Positions 61,062 through 64,000 of a DNA stretch of 64,000 bases are shown here, piece by piece. Every line of letters starts with the position of its first letter. The first letter of the stretch is position 1. The notes under the pieces were generated by a model, which saw only the letters and a list, made by a program, of their open reading frames with translations, was not told the DNA's origin and ran no database searches. Where the stretch lies: the NCBI GenBank assembly GCA_041736175.1, contig JBGSUI010000126.1, forward strand, positions 33,352-97,351, given 5' to 3'. The position numbers and the translations under genes were made by a program. The DNA is from Oligoflexales bacterium (GTDB lineage: Bacteria > Bdellovibrionota_B > Oligoflexia > Oligoflexales > CAIYRB01).

Positions 61062-62069
61062 TCAAACCGGATGCTGCGGAATCCGGTGAACCTTGTCGGG
61101 GTCCCAGCTGAGTAACCACTTATCCCCCGACCCGGATCTATAGGATGCGAGGAGTGATTGGTAAACCAATCCTTGGGTCATCCCACGCCAAGCCAAAGGG
61201 CCCAGGGTCGTGTCAAAGGCAGCCCGTCCCAGGTCGCCCTCAAATTCGAGGATTTTGAGGGTTCCCACCAGCCCATTCTGGGTGGTCCCACCATCGTAGG
61301 GGTGCACCTGCAGGTCTTCGGGTCTAAGCACCAGCACGTCCGACTCTGTTGGTGGGAGTTTATTTTCAAACCCCATCATCTTAGCTCCCACGAGAGTTTT
61401 GGGGTTTCGGTAGAGTTCTTCTCCACGGGAAAATTCCGAAATCTCTCCGTGATTCATCACGGCAAGAAAGTCTCCGAGACTTAAGGCTTCCTGGGGATCG
61501 TGGGTGACCAGGATCATAGCGGTACCAAACTGCTGGCAATAGTGGGTGATCAGGCGGCGCATTTCCATCCGTAGGGATGTGTCCAGGTTGCTGAGAGGTT
61601 CGTCCAGGAGGATGAGCTGTGGACGGAGAACCATGGCCCGCGCCAGGGCTACCCGTTGGCGTTGGCCCCCAGAGATCTGGGAGGGAAAGCGTTGGCCGAG
61701 TCCCGAGAGTTGAATTAGATCCAAACTCTCACCGACACGCTGCTTGATCTCTTTTGAAGAAAGGTTTGTTACGCGTAGGCCAAAAGCGATGTTGTCGGCG
61801 ACGCTGAGGTGGGGAAACAACAGGTGATCCTGAAACACCAGGGGGATTTTTCGTAGGTGGGCTTTCACCCTCGTGATGTCTTGGTTTAGATAGACGATCT
61901 TTCCTTCGGATGGCACCACAAGCCCTGCAATGATCTTAAGCAAAGTGCTCTTGCCGCAGCCGCTTGCGCCCAGGAGTGCCAGGCTTTGGCTATGACCTAG
62001 GCGTAAGGACACCTGTTTGAGAACTTTTTGGGGTCCATAAAATTTAGAAACCTGATCAAGCTGGAGCAT
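61062..62069 (-). CDS. ABC importer ATP-binding subunit (PotA/FbpC-like)
   Basis: GASGCGKST, FQDHLLFPHLSV, ISGGQRQR, LDEPLSNLD, VTHD. Confidence 0.93.
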   Translation of the reverse strand: MLQLDQVSKFYGPQKVLKQVSLRLGHSQSLALLGASGCGKSTLLKIIAGLVVPSEGKIVYLNQDITRVKAHLRKIPLVFQDHLLFPHLSVADNIAFGLRVTNLSSKEIKQRVGESLDLIQLSGLGQRFPSQISGGQRQRVALARAMVLRPQLILLDEPLSNLDTSLRMEMRRLITHYCQQFGTAMILVTHDPQEALSLGDFLAVMNHGEISEFSRGEELYRNPKTLVGAKMMGFENKLPPTESDVLVLRPEDLQVHPYDGGTTQNGLVGTLKILEFEGDLGRAAFDTTLGPLAWRGMTQGLVYQSLLASYRSGSGDKWLLSWDPDKVHRIPQHPV

Positions 62070-62199
62070 GGCTGCAGTCCCTCTGGTGAAAATCCTTTAT
62101 ACAGGAAATCTTGAAATTTAGCAGTTTTGATAAGGGCTGTGGTTGGATCTTTAAATCTAAATACGGGGGGTTGACCTATTGGTGGACGACAAGTGCCTA

Positions 62200-62215
62200 T
62201 GGCATAGCTTTTGAA
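62200..62215 (+). promoter_or_regulatory. sigma54-like -24/-12 element
   Basis: TGGCAT-AGCTT-TTGAA about 45 bp upstream of the amine oxidase (GA at -12). Confidence 0.45.
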
Positions 62216-62260
62216 AAGCCTGTGAGCTGTCACTGGAGATAGACCCTTTAGGGAGATTTA

Positions 62261-63871
62261 ATGATGAGTCGATGGAAGATGGGAAGGGCTTTGGCCCGGT
62301 TGATGGGATTGGCGACCAAAGCACACCGCGAAGGGTGGTCGGAGCGGAGATTTGTTGAGGAAGTGGTCAGTCGGTCTGAGACTCAACAAAAAATAGATAG
62401 ACGAAATTTGCTGGCATGGGCGGGAGCCGGTCTCGCGCTGGGAGCCTGCGCCAGACCACAATGGTCGGATGGGGCCTCTTCGGCGACTTTAGGGGGACAA
62501 GGTGTCACCCGCGGATCGACAACGGAGCCTCGCATTGTGGTCCTAGGATCGGGATTTGCGGGAATGACGGCGGCCCATGAGCTCCATAAAAAGGCGGCGG
62601 CCTGCTTGATCTTTGAGGCCCGAGACCGCGTTGGCGGGCGGGTATTTACCAAGCGCGGCTTTAACCAAGACGGGATGTTTATCGAGCTGGGTGCTGAATT
62701 TGTCGATTCTGTCCATAGCGATCTGATCGGTTTGGCGAGGGAACTCAATATCGAAGTCGAAGACTATACCCAGCCTATCAGCGGGCTAGCGACCGAGGTC
62801 TATCTGTTTAATCAAAAGGTGATCGATTCTGGCAAGTTTCTCGGAGAGTTTAAAAAACTAGCGGCTCTGGTCCTAGAAGATACCTCAAAGATTCGGATCG
62901 ACAAACAGCTTATCACCCCGACTCCCGGCCGTCCGGGTCCCAGCCCATGGCTCGACCAGATTACTCTAGCAGATTATTTATCTAGTAAACAAAAATCAGG
63001 TATATCACCAGAATTTATCGAACTCATCAATGTCATGTACCTAGGAATGATGGGACTTGAGACAAGCCAGCAGAACACCTACAATCTCCTCACGTTGATG
63101 GACCCCTACAGTGCAGAGATGGCGCTTTATGGCGACTCTGACGAATCCAAGCGGGTCAAAGGCGGTAACGGAAATCTAGTCGACGCCCTTGCCCAGTCTG
63201 TGGGCAAACACACTCCCATCCATCTTGGTCACCGGTTGGTGCATATCAAAGATCATGGTCAGCATTTTGTGTTAACGTTTGACAGGACTGGCAACAGTCC
63301 CCTCGAAGTCAAGGCTGATCTCGTGATCAACACCCTTCCCATCCCCGTCCTAAGTGATATCGAAGGTATGACCAGCCTTAATCTCTCCGAGTCTAAGAAA
63401 GCCGCCATAAAAGCTCTGGGGTATGCGACCAACGCTAAGTTTACGATCGGGTTTAAAGAACGCAAATGGCGCAGTTCTGGAAATATGGTTCCACCTAATT
63501 ATGGAACTGTTTGGACCAATAGTCTTTTTCCAGAAATCCGCGAGTCAAGCAACCAGCAAAAGGGTCGAAGCGGTATTATTTTAAACTATCTCGGTGGGGC
63601 TGTGGGGCACCATATCCCTCCCAATCTTGTGGGAAAAACCCTAGACCACCTGGAATCCATGTATCCTGGGATCCGTAGTCTTTACGATGGTCATACCCAT
63701 CTGCAGCATTGGACCTCCGATCCCTTCGCCAAGGGATCCTATATCTGTCCCAGACCCGGCCACTATGAAGCCATGGGTGGATTCGAAGATCAGGTCGAGC
63801 TTGGGGGGCGGATGATTTTTGCGGGCGATAGCTTTAGTAAGGACTTTGGTGGCTATATGACAGGAGTTTAA
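62261..63871 (+). CDS. flavin monoamine oxidase family protein with Tat-like motif, C-terminus probably truncated
   Basis: DRRNLL; GSGFAG, EARDRVGGR, ELGAEF, GSY, FAGD; ends at GYMTGV*. Confidence 0.88.
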   Translation: MMSRWKMGRALARLMGLATKAHREGWSERRFVEEVVSRSETQQKIDRRNLLAWAGAGLALGACARPQWSDGASSATLGGQGVTRGSTTEPRIVVLGSGFAGMTAAHELHKKAAACLIFEARDRVGGRVFTKRGFNQDGMFIELGAEFVDSVHSDLIGLARELNIEVEDYTQPISGLATEVYLFNQKVIDSGKFLGEFKKLAALVLEDTSKIRIDKQLITPTPGRPGPSPWLDQITLADYLSSKQKSGISPEFIELINVMYLGMMGLETSQQNTYNLLTLMDPYSAEMALYGDSDESKRVKGGNGNLVDALAQSVGKHTPIHLGHRLVHIKDHGQHFVLTFDRTGNSPLEVKADLVINTLPIPVLSDIEGMTSLNLSESKKAAIKALGYATNAKFTIGFKERKWRSSGNMVPPNYGTVWTNSLFPEIRESSNQQKGRSGIILNYLGGAVGHHIPPNLVGKTLDHLESMYPGIRSLYDGHTHLQHWTSDPFAKGSYICPRPGHYEAMGGFEDQVELGGRMIFAGDSFSKDFGGYMTGV

Positions 63872-64000
63872 GAGACTCGACCCCCAACTGGTCATAAATA
63901 CCTGACATTCTAGTAACTTACATATTTTTAAAATGTAAGACCTAATTTTTAAGGCTGAGAAAAATCCTTAAATCTCTTTAATTACAGATAATTACAAATA

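Overview
Bacterial chromosomal window of about 50% GC. Its many orphan lipoproteins and sigma28/sigma54-type promoter motifs suggest Bdellovibrionota/Oligoflexia; this is an inference, not a measured assignment. Housekeeping genes: a partial rpmG missed by the ORF track, fumC, frmA-fghA formaldehyde detoxification, purH, tig-clpP-clpX-lon, lpdA plus an E2 acyltransferase, and engB. They are interleaved with AT-richer accessory inserts: a MazF-like pair, a HigBA pair, a HipA-N/HTH gene whose partner kinase appears almost entirely deleted, a group II intron RT remnant, a REP-like palindrome, two stand-alone ATPases, an SNF2-SWIM pair and many secreted lipoproteins. Best leads: (1) an overlapping active plus catalytically dead Deg2-type protease pair; (2) an animal-type PTPS (Cx5HGH) coupled to an SDR, with a phenylalanine hydroxylase nearby, suggesting a BH4 pathway; (3) two Pro-stalked lipoprotein cytochromes with CX4CH heme motifs; (4) a lipoprotein with NTase-like and ART-like regions; (5) orphan secreted genes that appear split between sigma54 and sigma28 control. 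No rRNA, tRNA or CRISPR array was seen. All calls come from motif reading by eye, without database searches.
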